Origin: Rhizodiscina lignyota
Taxonomy: Eukaryota
Direction of reading: 5' to 3'
DNA: 64,000 bases
NCBI GenBank assembly: GCA_010015805.1
Contig: ML978122.1
Span: 2,452,453 to 2,516,452 of the forward strand
Shown piece by piece: positions 51,162 through 64,000 of this stretch; the first letter of the stretch is position 1; every line of letters begins with the position of its first letter. The notes under the pieces are model-generated. The model made no database searches, was not told the DNA's origin, and saw only the letters and a list, made by a program, of their open reading frames with translations. Made by a program: the position numbers and the translations under genes.

Positions 51162-51700
51162 GACTGGGAAGCCTGATCTATTCAAAAGACAAGAGCAAAG
51201 CCCTCATAGAAATTGTACAAGCACTGATTAAGACTGGAAAATGGAGATAAACATGGAAAGGAGTGTGACGACATTGCTATCAAAAAGTCTCAGATTACAT
51301 TACCAAGCAAGGAATGAGGTTGCGGCTCATCGGCATACCGAACGCGAATCCTTGAATCCTTCACGCTTCGCTTGTCGTTGGCGAATTGGGCTCAAGAGCG
51401 CCGGGAGCGGAAAAATAACGCCCCGCCGGCCCCAAAGCTTGGGCGGCCCTTGCAATCATCAACAGCTCCCCAGATTCAAAGCCAAGTACCCACCAACCCA
51501 CATAGAACGCGCCCAAAACCCCGCGGACGTACCACTTCACACTTTCAAAGATACCCACTTGCATTAATTGTTGTTTCTTTCACTTCTTTTAACCTACCTC
51601 GCTCCTGCCTTCAACACCTTTGCCTAACAACAAGACCCACTCCTGATCGAACGTCATTGGCACGAGAGCAGCTGAGTCGGCACACTGCCTTGAGTTCAAC

Positions 51701-52964
<1,264 letters not shown>

Positions 52965-53656
52965 ATTCTTTCCCTTCCTGAAAAGCGCACGAGGATAATG
53001 AGGGGAGCATATTGGCGCATCACACTGGGGTTAGCGTGTCCAGCTTTTTCATTCAGGCTCACGGTGTCTCTTTCATGTGAGCTTGATAGACTGTACATAT
53101 GCGCTTCAGCCTATCATGACCTACCCAAGACATGGCGAAAAAGTAAAAAGTGTAGTTCTTCTGGCTTGACGTCGGAGAAAGAGCGAGCAAGCGACATTGG
53201 AGAGGAGCTGAACTTTTGCCGACTCTTCAACAGGATGAGCGGACGAAGTTGGTCTGCGGAAGTTTTAGAAAATTCATGATGATTGTATTTGTAGAATGAA
53301 ATTTGCTTCCTAGTCTTCTTTGTGCAGTGCTAAAGCCTTGTTACCGTGCCTATGTGCGCTAAGTTGGCCTACTTGAGGGAGAGAGGGTAGTCGAATGTGA
53401 AGCGAGGTGCGATACATAGTGATAGGATAGATTTACTCTTCGCGAGAGCTGAGACGGTGTCTGAAAGCTTATTCGATATGCTCCGAATAGCATCTATCAA
53501 GTTTGTTACAACTGCGACTGTCATAGTCTAATGCCAAAATAGTTTCCACCATAGCCCACGTGATGCAGTTTTGGGTCATTCTCCTTCATCACTTCATCAA
53601 ATCATACATATCATAAGCCTATCATACACCGCAACGCCTTTTGATCAATTTGCAGC

Positions 53657-54896
53657 TCAAATGAAATCTCCACTTCCAAACCCACCAAACGGATTCGGCG
53701 GGGCACCTCCAAAGCCTCCTCGTCCACCGCTTCCTCTTGGCGGGCCTCTCTGTCCTGGATTCACAGGATCAAACCTCGCACCCGGCGGCGCCTGAGGATC
53801 AAATCCACCTCCCTCTCCACCGAGGCCACCGAACATGGGGTCGTCGAATGTAGGATGCATCCCGCCACCGCCTATTCCGCCAGTCGCAGGATGTCCCGGT
53901 CCGAGGAACGGCCTCATCGGATCGTGTGGGCCGAGTCCAGGAGGATACAGGTCCCGTTCACCAATGCCCATCGGTGGACCTCTAAAGCCGGGACCCCCAC
54001 GACCTGGTGGTCGATTGACCTCGTACTCGTCTGTGAAGCCTGGAGGATACAGCTCTCCTGGATCTCTGCGTGGGCGCGGTGGCATCGCTAATGGATCGTG
54101 GATACCATATGGATTCGGTCGTGCAGGTTCGGGGAGGTCACCGTGCGGTAGCGGCTGCCGCGGTTGACCCTCACGACTCGCACCCGGTCTTACGCCATCT
54201 GCGGCACGGTCTTCCGATGAAGTGTTGTTTGCATCGGCTGTCTCCTCGTAGCCGGGTTTCGAGATACCTGGCGCCAGTTTCTGCACGATGCGCTGCTTCA
54301 GCAGGACACCGATGTCTGAGAGTCTACCCGGCGACTGGAAGAAATCGTTCAGCAGCCTGTGTTTTGCATCTTCGATATCGCCTTCTAGTCTGTCTGATAT
54401 GGTGTTTTCGGTGGCGATGCGTAGGGGATATGTGTTGGATGGGCGGACGAACTCGAGGGGTGTGAGGTCGAAGGAGTAGTGCTTGTCGTCGCCATCGCCC
54501 ATGCCGGAGACGATGGCTTTGCGGAGCATGCGGTTTATCTTGACAAGGAATTGCATAGAGGATTGGGTGTGGGCATAGGTGAAGGTGTAGGAGTTGTCGT
54601 TTTGGTTCCATGTTGACGGGAGGGGTTTTGGGTCGTCGGCTTCTGAGCGGCATTCTGCTTCATTGTCAGTGGTGATGCAGTTGATTTACGCGTGACGACT
54701 TACCGGACTTGTTTCTGCCTTCTCCGATCGAGAGGAGTCTGAATCCAACACCAATCATGCCCGCGTGCGCTGCTAGGGCGATGAGGTCGAACTCATCCTG
54801 GATTTGCTGCTCCTTCGACTTGTCGACGCTGAGGAGCATGAAGCCCGCGAGCGAGTCGGCACTGAACGGATTGCCTGCCGCGTTTTGAGGCGCCAT
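53657..54896 (-). CDS. PI31 proteasome regulator (Fub1-like)
   Basis: FP-domain-like HAGMIGVGFRL; IGERDLYPPG, GGMHPTFDDP, PPGARFDP; C-terminal DFI. Confidence 0.88.
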
Positions 54897-55593
54897 GTTG
54901 AAGTGTATTGAAGATGAATGAAGGAAGAGAGGACTAAAACTTCTGTTATGTTATATAGACATTGTTTTACCGAGGCGGCAATGTCGATATGGAGAATTCC
55001 GTTCGACGTTCAGGCACCGACAGCTCTCACGAAGTGACGACACCGCTTTGGCGGGGCTTTGGGAGCTTGCGCCACATCCGAAAAGTGTGGCTGTCAAATA
55101 TGGGTACTATTAATACTGTCGAGCGGGACCCTCTATCTTGGAGTTGTTCGAAAAAGCATCTTAGAATTTCTACGCTAACTCACCAAGTCCAAGTAAGTTC
55201 TGTTGCACCTATCTCGGGGTGTGTAAGTTCACCAACGCTTCTAATATGAAGACTTCTACCCATGATAGTTGGAAGTTGAGCAGAGCGTCTGCACTGGCTT
55301 GACATTTTAACAACGGCCGAAACAGAGCCACAGCTCAAACTTTAGAAGCGATAGAAAGAAGTGATTGATTGAGAAGCATAACCCTAGAACCTATTCCAAG
55401 TCGTTTGCAGTTTGCCGAGTCACCTAGCAAATGACTCCGAATCCTATATGCAGCTCGTGAAATGCAGAGTCGAACACCGACGGAAGGAGTTCAAACCGAT
55501 GAGTCCCACTCCTCCCGGACCAAGACAACGTGCACCAGACTGTCGTCCGAATCTGACGGCCGTAAACTTTGCAACGTGAAACAGGAATTATGA

Positions 55594-57118
55594 TCACCAA
55601 ATACCTGAGCCTCTTCTTGTCGAGGGCACCGGTGATGCGGGCTTCTCGCTTGAGCCGAGCACTCTGTGTATACGTTTAGTATCATCGCATTGCCTGTCAG
55701 AGCCGAAAGACTTACGAATATTGAGACTCCATCACTCCCTCTCCGCCCTTCTCCAAGTCCAAGTTGAACACAAACATCACACCTTCGCTACTCACCACCA
55801 TCAATCTCGGGCCACTTCCGCTCATCGCCACAACTGTTCGAACAGGTCCTGCTGCAGTTGCACCTGCGCTCCTCGGAACCTTGGCCCACGCGAAGTCTCG
55901 CTGTGGCTCCCAAATCTCAGTGACACCCTTGGGCAGATATCCGCCTACACGCGCGGCGATGCCCATGCCCACGTTTTGAGACGTGCGTCGGATCATCGAA
56001 GCTAGCGTGGGGTGAAGTGGTTTGCGATCGCCAGAAATACTGTCAACCGCAGTACTCGATTCGTACGCGGCACTATCCATATCTTCACTACCTGGACTAG
56101 TGCTTCGGTCTCGCGAGCTCATCGAAGGATCGCGGTCAGTTGGACTCGCCGGTTCATCTGAACTTGACGCTTTGGTCGGAGTGACGAGGCGGAAGATATG
56201 CACCGTTTCAGTTGCGGAGGAAACGCAGAGGAGAGTAGAGGTTGAGTTGAACGACATGCAGAATATCCTTGCGGGAATGGAACCGCGGCGGAATTGGAAG
56301 AGTTTCTGGCCTTCTGGGACAGAAAAGACGCGAATGATGGTTCCCTTTTCGGATGCAGTTGCAAGTAGGGTACCTTCTTTGTTGAGCGAGATACATGATA
56401 GTGGTGCTTGGTGTGCTTCGATGACGTTGACGGATTCCAGCTTCGTCGCGTCAAAGATGAGAACTTCGCCGCTTGTTGGAGCTATGTGAGTGCCTGTTGG
56501 TGGAGCATGTGCTGGAGGGGCGAAAGTTGGGGCTGCCTTTTGCGGCAGAGGATAGACAAGGTAGTTGTTCGCTGAGGACGGTGACAGTGCAACGGTTGCT
56601 GTTTTTGTTAATATCTGCATTGCGTGCTACACGTAGACTGGCCTTACCATTCGGATTTGGCGATGTTTCCAGAGTACGCAACATCTTCATATTGCTAATG
56701 TCGTAGATGTAGATCTCGCCTTCGAGTACTACAATCAAGCGCTTTCGATTCATTCTCAGCGCGAGGATTCGGGTGGGGAACGTGAGTTCGCATATCGTTG
56801 ACTGCCGCTGCTCAAGGTTATTTGGTGCTGGAGTTGGCGAGTTTCTGGAAAGCGAACCTTTGTATTTATGATCCGCAGAAGTCTGGGTGAGAGAACGAGA
56901 GCAACCAGAGATGTAGAAAAGAGCATTTCCATCATCGCAACATCGCCTTCTTTGGCCTCGAAGTACTTTGAGAAAGGCTCGAGGGTATACTGTCGGAATC
57001 CTTTGGAGGTAGCTGGTATATCGTCAACTGGACTGCTTCGATGAAATACCTGATTTAGAATCATACCAACACCAAGGACACTATGGTCCTGGTTAAAGGT
57101 TACGAAGTTCAGAGCCAT
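55594..57118 (-). CDS. ATG18: Autophagy PROPPIN Atg18
   Basis: [43 protein letters not shown]; four introns. Confidence 0.94.
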
Positions 57119-57574
57119 GGTGGTCGCGCTGCTGTGGTGTGGCGCTCGATGTCAGGTTGAAGGCGGGGACTCGTGTTGTTTGTTGACCAAGTCATGCGAG
57201 AGTCGGGGGAAAGCGCGATGCTACCGAGAACACATTTTGTGTTTAATCGAAAGTTTGACCACAGCTAACCGCGGACTTGTAGAACAGAATGCTGTGTGGC
57301 AACCTAACTATGAAGGTGGCCGGTCAAGCTTGAAGCTTTGGTGAGCTGCTGAGCTTCAGCCCACTTTCGGCCCCACGTGATGAGAGAATTTCTAGATTGG
57401 ATGACGATATTTTCTCCGACCATCTCTCCACGGGCCTTGAGCTTCATTTCGCATCTTAGTGGCTTCTACCTCTTTGTATACAGCTGTATGGGCATGCTTT
57501 GGCAATGTCAAGTATGATGAAACTGGTTCGGTGAAGAGCTTGGATTTCTTCCAATTGGGAGAAGTGAGCACAAA

Positions 57575-60500
57575 ATGGCAGACAACAAAGATGCTACCAT
57601 CATGGGGACGAATTCCTATTCAATCGTCTCAAAACGGAGCGTTGAGAAATTCTACTATCCAAACGAGCCTTCATTTCTTCGAGCTTTTGTCTCAAAGTTC
57701 AAGAGGCGTGCTCCGTTAATCAATAGGGGCTACTGGCTGCGCATGAAAGCCATTGAAGAAGTTGTTCGGCAATTTCTCGAAAGCAAGGGAGAGTACGTCG
57801 AAATAGAGCCATCTAGTCGGAAAAAGAAGAAGATCGTCGTAAACTTGGGCTGTGGAGAAGATACCTTGCCATTTAGGACGCTTTGGCAACGGCAAGAGCA
57901 AACACGACAGAATGCAGAACACGGCGGGCAACCAAATACCAACATCCAGGATGATATTGTTTTTGTTGATATCGACTACCCAGAGCTAATGATGAGTAAG
58001 GCTGCACTCATCTCCAAAACATCCACGTTCACAGACATTATCGGGCGAATAAACCTCCTTTCATTAGGAGACTCCGCTAAAGATCCAAATGCTCCAAGGC
58101 TACTGCTTCGCACACCGCACTACATCGCTGTCGGTGCGAATTTATCTGATCTTGACCTTTTGACACCTCTTCTCCGTTCGGTCTTAGAAGATGACAGCAG
58201 CTGGAGTCCATCAGATCTGGAAATCCTATTCATCGCTGAAGTCAGCATAACTTACATGCCAACGCCCGCCGCAGATGCAGTCATCGCATGGGCACACTCC
58301 GTCTTCCTCAAATCACCATCACGGTTCTGTCTCCTGGAACAGTTCCTGCCGGCTGGATCATCACACCCATTCGCACAGACGATGCTGAGGCACTTCGAAA
58401 AGTCGGCGGCCTTGCGAAGTGTGGAAGTCTATCCAACGCTTGAGAGCCAAAGAAAAAGATTTCTAGATCAAGGATGGGCGGATGTGGCAGTGCGGAGCCT
58501 GTGGAACCTCTGGCAGGACGACGACTTTCTGGATCCGGCAGCGAGGAAGAGCCTCGATGACGTCGAACTGTTTGATGAATGGGAAGAATTTGCACTTTTT
58601 GCAGGTCACTATTTTCTGCTCGTGGCTTCGAACCGTCAACTTGCTCAAGCGCCGCTGCCTCTATCCCAATCCGCAGAGACTGAGAACCAACGAACGCAGC
58701 CTAAACTGACACTCCAATGCTCGAGGGCTCCATCCCGTGCTCGCCGTTTCGCAACCCCGGCACGTCTGGACGACACAACAATCGCACATATCGGAGGCTT
58801 CAATACCACAGGTATCGCTTCCGTTGGCGACTATTTTACTTCCTCCGATAGCGCTGCTGTAATTCTATCCAATCCACGATTACCGGAGGCTGTAGCATGC
58901 CATACCATAACCGCATTCCACGACCAGCATATCCTTATCGGCGGACGGACGTCTCCAGCCAAAGCCTCTTCCAACTGTTGGTTGCTCGAAAGGTCTCCAT
59001 CCGCACCGTCTCATGCGACCGAGGCATGGCATTGGAAGCCCATCGCTACTCTTGAACAAGGAAGATACAGACATTGTGCTATTAATGTCAGCATTCCCAC
59101 AAAGGGCATTGATGGCATCCTCCTGTTCGGCGGGAAAGGGTCGGACGGACAGGTACTGGATGATTGGAGCTTCTGGGATGCAACTCAAGATCAATGGGTT
59201 GAAGTCAACACCGAGACTCACACTGTTCCCGGATTCCATAACGACGCTCCAGATGCTCGGCCTTCAGCAAGATTCAGCGCTGTAATGTGGAATGATCGAC
59301 CAAAATCGCCAGAACTCAGGCTCAGTGGCTGGCTCACGGGCGGCATCAATGCTAAAGGTGTCGCCTGTGAGGATTTATGGTGGTGGACTCTGCGCCCCAC
59401 TGACGCTGGGGCCTTCGTCATCAGCTTTGAGGACCAATCGAGCTGTCCATGGGGTTGGGCAGCAACTGTGTATCGTTTCGGCGCAACTGTCGTACAAAGT
59501 CAGTTCTTAGACGGGGTGCTCCTGATTGGTGGAGTTGCAAATAGTGGAGTGCTGCAAGCAAACGAGGAGATTTTGCTTATCAATTCGTATCGGAGTGTTG
59601 CAGAGTACAATGTGGACGGTTGGGAAGACAGCAGACCGTTGCTCGTCGGCCACAGTGCGGTTGTGGCTGACATGGCTCTGTACGGTGAGATCCTGTTGTT
59701 AGGTGGTGGTGCCGTTTGCTTTTCCTTCGGCTCCTGCAGGAATGAGAATCTGACGGCATTGAGATTGGACAGCGACTCGACATTGGAGGGAACAAAGTGG
59801 AAGTTGGTGGATCATAAGATATCGGCAGAGTCCGAGGCCGCTCAAAAGGGGAGTCACGTCTACAAAGGGATACCCTCCGTACTGGGCCAATCAACTTCAA
59901 CTCCAGGTGCGGTCGCCGACTTGATCCCACCTGTTCGAATGATCAGAGAGATTTCAAGTGCTGAGTTCTCTGACCTTCTAACATCTCAAAATCCCACTCC
60001 AGTCGTTCTCACGTCGCAAGACGTTGGCGTTTGCACCTCACTCTGGACACCATCATACTTAACGGCGCACATCGGAGCCAGCAGGAAAGTCGTCATCCAC
60101 TCCGCAGAGACTGCCTCGCTCGACTTCAGATCCAAAAACTTCTCTTACGCTACTATTCCATTCGAAGACTTCGTGCAGGGCGCAAGAAGGGGAGAGCACG
60201 TCTATATGCGCGCCTTGGCAGTAGGCGATCCGGCCCGACGACCCGCGAACCTGGAGAAGGACTTTCCAGAAATTGGAGCTGATTTCCACGTTCCGGACGG
60301 GGTAAATCATGTCTTAAACGAAGGCGAGAGTGGCAGAGCCCATTCCAGCGTACTACGAATAGCGGGAGATATCGAAATGTGGCTCCACTACGATGTCATG
60401 GCGAACGTACTGTGTCAGGCGCGAGGGAAGAAGAGAGTGGTGCTCTTTCCGCCTTCCGATGTGCTCAAGCTTGACTTCAAAGCAGGAGATACGACCAGCA

Positions 60501-61021
60501 GCGTTGATGTCTTCGGGCCAAATGGAGTGCTGCGAAACTGGAAAGAAAGAGGACTGCAGCCACAAGAAGTGGTATTGCAGAAAGGAGACGTGCTCTTCAT
60601 TCCGGCTTGTTGGCTCCATGCTACCGCTCCTGGTGGAGCCAGCGACAATGAGGGGGACGACGGGGATGGGAAAATGAATGTTGCTGTGAACGTCTTTTTC
60701 CGTAGCCTTGAGAAGGGTTATGCCGCGGGGAAAGACGTATATGGGAACCGGGACCTGCAGGCTTACGAAAACGCGAGAAAAGATATCGAGAAGATCAAAA
60801 GTTTACTGCCCACAGTCAACGACACGGAAAAAGAGCCCACGGCAACCTTATTAGCAAACATCTTGATCGGAAAAGGTTCCACTGAACAAAATAAAAGTAT
60901 GACCAGGGTCAAGGAAGTGGACAGCATGCGGAGAAAGCTTGCGACATTACCAGAGCAATTGAAGCTGTTCTATGCAGAGAGGCTTGCAGTAGAGTTGATC
61001 GAAGTTTTAAAAGCGGAGTGA
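57575..61021 (+). CDS. PPM2: tRNA wybutosine-synthesizing protein 4 (LCM methyltransferase + Kelch) fused to a JmjC domain
   Basis: SKRSVE, RRAPLINRGYWLR, NLGCG, FDEWEEF, GGR Kelch repeats, GGGAVCFSFG, WLHYD..WLH. Confidence 0.93.
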   Translation: MADNKDATIMGTNSYSIVSKRSVEKFYYPNEPSFLRAFVSKFKRRAPLINRGYWLRMKAIEEVVRQFLESKGEYVEIEPSSRKKKKIVVNLGCGEDTLPFRTLWQRQEQTRQNAEHGGQPNTNIQDDIVFVDIDYPELMMSKAALISKTSTFTDIIGRINLLSLGDSAKDPNAPRLLLRTPHYIAVGANLSDLDLLTPLLRSVLEDDSSWSPSDLEILFIAEVSITYMPTPAADAVIAWAHSVFLKSPSRFCLLEQFLPAGSSHPFAQTMLRHFEKSAALRSVEVYPTLESQRKRFLDQGWADVAVRSLWNLWQDDDFLDPAARKSLDDVELFDEWEEFALFAGHYFLLVASNRQLAQAPLPLSQSAETENQRTQPKLTLQCSRAPSRARRFATPARLDDTTIAHIGGFNTTGIASVGDYFTSSDSAAVILSNPRLPEAVACHTITAFHDQHILIGGRTSPAKASSNCWLLERSPSAPSHATEAWHWKPIATLEQGRYRHCAINVSIPTKGIDGILLFGGKGSDGQVLDDWSFWDATQDQWVEVNTETHTVPGFHNDAPDARPSARFSAVMWNDRPKSPELRLSGWLTGGINAKGVACEDLWWWTLRPTDAGAFVISFEDQSSCPWGWAATVYRFGATVVQSQFLDGVLLIGGVANSGVLQANEEILLINSYRSVAEYNVDGWEDSRPLLVGHSAVVADMALYGEILLLGGGAVCFSFGSCRNENLTALRLDSDSTLEGTKWKLVDHKISAESEAAQKGSHVYKGIPSVLGQSTSTPGAVADLIPPVRMIREISSAEFSDLLTSQNPTPVVLTSQDVGVCTSLWTPSYLTAHIGASRKVVIHSAETASLDFRSKNFSYATIPFEDFVQGARRGEHVYMRALAVGDPARRPANLEKDFPEIGADFHVPDGVNHVLNEGESGRAHSSVLRIAGDIEMWLHYDVMANVLCQARGKKRVVLFPPSDVLKLDFKAGDTTSSVDVFGPNGVLRNWKERGLQPQEVVLQKGDVLFIPACWLHATAPGGASDNEGDDGDGKMNVAVNVFFRSLEKGYAAGKDVYGNRDLQAYENARKDIEKIKSLLPTVNDTEKEPTATLLANILIGKGSTEQNKSMTRVKEVDSMRRKLATLPEQLKLFYAERLAVELIEVLKAE

Positions 61022-62526
61022 GAGGAGAAAGAATCCCATTTTGGACCTCTTGTCGATGTCGCAGCCGGTTCCGACAGAATGCTAGACAAACCTTGGGACA
61101 CAGGTGAAGCGGTTCTCAGCTGATACGCCACTGGATTCTAGAAACAAATCGTGCAAGACTCTCCTGGATTGCCGATCGGCCCTTTACAGTGCAACTGTAC
61201 ATGTCTCCGGAAGTTTGGACAAATTGGAGGCTCGCGCGTTGAGCATGACGCATCTGATTCTGGGGTAAGGCCTTATGTAAAGAGCCGGATCCACATCTTA
61301 GCGAGGGGCCTGCGGGCTGCCTTCAGCCCTCTTCTCCGCATTTCGCGGCTACGCGGCTTCAGCCGTTAACTTGACGTGCAGACGGTGTCTTTTCACAACG
61401 GCATCGAGTGATGGCTTGGGGGTGTATAGGAGAGATGGAAATTACTCAAAGCAGCAGTGATGAGCGAAAATTTTGCATGCAGAGTCAGTGCGTAACAGCA
61501 CATGCAAGCCGCATCGCGCCTGGTTGGAGATTGGCGGACGTTATCGTCGATCGTTGGTGTGGAGGGCGTGGCTGGTGGACGGCTGTCCCTTGGGCACCGC
61601 TTTGGTAAGCGCTGCGTTTCATGCTGTCGTCGACGTACTTGACGCTCCATCAGTGCACTCGAGACACGAATGTTTATATTGCTGCAGGAGACTACTGTAT
61701 TTATAGATGGAAGAAGCAACGAGACTGCGATGCTGAGAGCGAAAGGATGACACCCTTGTTGCGTTTGACGCCTTTAGCGTAACCAACGAGGCCTGCTAGC
61801 GCGTGATGGCTGGTAGCGTGCTGATCCGCCTTAGCCTTGCCTTCCACCCTCAAGACGCGGGGGCTTCCAGATGAGGCCGAGCAGTATCTCCTCTCCATTC
61901 CCTCAACACCTTGTCTAACACGCCTCTCTCTCCCTCAGCGCAGGAATCGTGGAACTGCCATACTCCCAAGCTCGTCTGCTTTTGCTAGACATCTCCCTCG
62001 ACCCTTCGCAACAAGAGAGAGTTGAAACGCTTGTCTCGTTGCCCCGCTTAGCCTTGCTGGCCTTATGCAACAACCCTCACGCCGCATTTGCCATCGCCAT
62101 TCCACCAAAAGTTGGGCATAACAAGATCAGGGCTGAAATCACCGTTAAACCGTTGCGATCTGTCAATTGGACTATCTAACGGCGCCTTTCTGTATGTTCG
62201 CCGTCGTTTTGTACATAGGAGGGATGTCCACGTACTGATCAGGCCATGCATAGGCTTCCGAATTCGACCTACGGGCCTCAAAAAGCATACCTACACTACG
62301 TTCCAACCTCTGCACGCCCGCCAGTGCGCATCATACCTGCACCCCTCTAAAAACCTCTCGGCCAGTACGCATCCGCTCAAGTTGGCTCTCTCGCCGATCA
62401 CTTGAGACACAAGATCGTCGGCTTCGACAATCCCACCAGCCGCAATTGGGGTTTCAACACCCAGCCGAGCGGGATATCTTCGATCTCATATTAGGCCACG
62501 CATAGAGATTGAGAAGGATCGCGTTC

Positions 62527-64000
62527 ATGGCTGCTGCTGTCGCGAGACCGCCCCCCATTCCATCACGTTCCTCCACCCCACCTCCGACACTCAGCATCAA
62601 CACCTCTTCTCGTGGCACACCTGCTCCGGTCCCAAACAAGCACTTACCGATATGCTCCCCAGGACCACGGCCAGATCATGGACTACAAACTCCGCCGGCC
62701 TCGCCACCACAGAAGGAATCTGTTATCGAGCAGGCATCTCTCCTCTTCCCTCCCGACGCATATGACAAGCTTCCCGGGAATGACACACTCTACTCGATCT
62801 CAGCCGCTCAAGTAGCTCGAGCAGTCGACCACCTCGCGTCACAGCCGATTCCTGATCCAAAGCAAGTATTTCCATGGCTGCACGGCCTTCATGCCGAGAA
62901 TCAAATGCAGCTGCAGTTCTTCGTTCAGAGACGCAAGGCCCTACGAAAGACGCCGAAGTGCATTCGTGGCATAACAATCGTCAAGGTCGGAGGAGATCTG
63001 TCACACTCGAAGCTGAGGGGTGCCATATCACCTGAGGAGCTCATGCCTCCGCAAGGCTGCAAAGACTACTGTGGCAACTTTATTGACGTTGACCCTCGCG
63101 ACGGTTTCAGTGTTAGGAACTTCCAGATCCAAGCCTGCAAGATGGCGACGGTATCTGATGTGGTGGTCTACGCCGACGTTGATACAAGTCGTAAGGAGTT
63201 GTTGAGAGTAGCATCAAAGATCGCTCTTTCCCAAAAGGCAATAAGGAAGAAGTCTGCCGAGGTCGGGGAAGAATTGCCAACGTACAATACTTTTGTGGTT
63301 TCTGGTGAGTCTTAGGGCGTGCACTGTGTGGGAATTCTCTTATTAACTCTTAGAGACTCCTTTAAAACCTTCGAGACCGATTATCCGGAGCTAGTCTCGA
63401 TCGATTCCTGTGGTGACATGACTGGGAAGGTCGTCGATTTCTGTAAGTATTAGCTATACCGTCTTACTGTGCAACCACTAACAATCATCTTTAGTCCATC
63501 GTGAGCGTCTAGAAATGCATACCATGTCTTCTGCTTCCGAGATTGCACCCAACGTCTTTCTTGGTCCTACTCCAGATCTGGCCAACTTCCCACCGGCATC
63601 ACCGGACCAGGCAGAATATGATGTCTACATCGAAGCTAGTGACCTAGCTCAGATCCCAGACACCCGGACATTGCAAGCGATGAAGTCACTCCTCGACCAG
63701 CCTGATCATACTCCGCTGCAGCTTGAGTTTCCATCATCAGGAAGTATCATGCCACCCACCTGGTCTCAAGCTGAAGCTGATGGACTGATGGAGATGTGCC
63801 ATTGGATCCACGACATCGCAACTGCTGCACCCGATATCACAGACCACGACCTTGGCTCGTCTGTCGATAGTTGTGGTGACTCTGTCATGCGTTCTCCTTC
63901 GCCTCCGTCTCGCTCTTCACCGATCATCCCACTAAAGCGGACACCGAAGCGGGTTCTGATTCACTGTACCGATGGATACACCGAATCAACTTTGCTGGGC
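62527..64000 (+). CDS. PPS1: Dual-specificity phosphatase Pps1-like, 3'-truncated by window
   Basis: VFPWLHGLH, GFSVRNFQIQ, LEFPSSG, LIHCTDGYTES; two introns ~63305-63493. Confidence 0.88.

Overview
Gene-dense eukaryotic window from a filamentous ascomycete (Pezizomycotina-type short GT-AG introns with CTRAY branch points). About 28 protein-coding genes, mostly housekeeping: ULA1, pyruvate decarboxylase, epoxide hydrolase, Ulp1-type SUMO protease, PQ-loop protein, TYW1, FAD1, MATE, URA2, NYV1/VAMP7, PP2A-C, PI31, ATG18, PPM2/TYW4-JmjC, PPS1 and two MFS transporters. Small accessory patches lie between them. Best leads: (1) an unannotated ~1.2-kb degenerate non-coding tandem array of ~165-bp units (13560-14750) with a junction hairpin, next to a repeat-rich Ulp1 gene with a His-Asn-Cys triad; (2) a URA2 lacking the whole dihydroorotase-like domain; (3) three small C-x6-Y-x2-C-x-H Cys/His proteins, two sharing an identical TATA 11-mer; (4) a probable pseudokinase fused to a Pbp1/ataxin-2-like motif; (5) a secreted crystallin/killer-toxin-like protein beside a TPR-ankyrin-HET protein. 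No tRNA, rRNA, CRISPR or intact transposon was recognised. All family calls come from motif recognition by eye; no searches were run.
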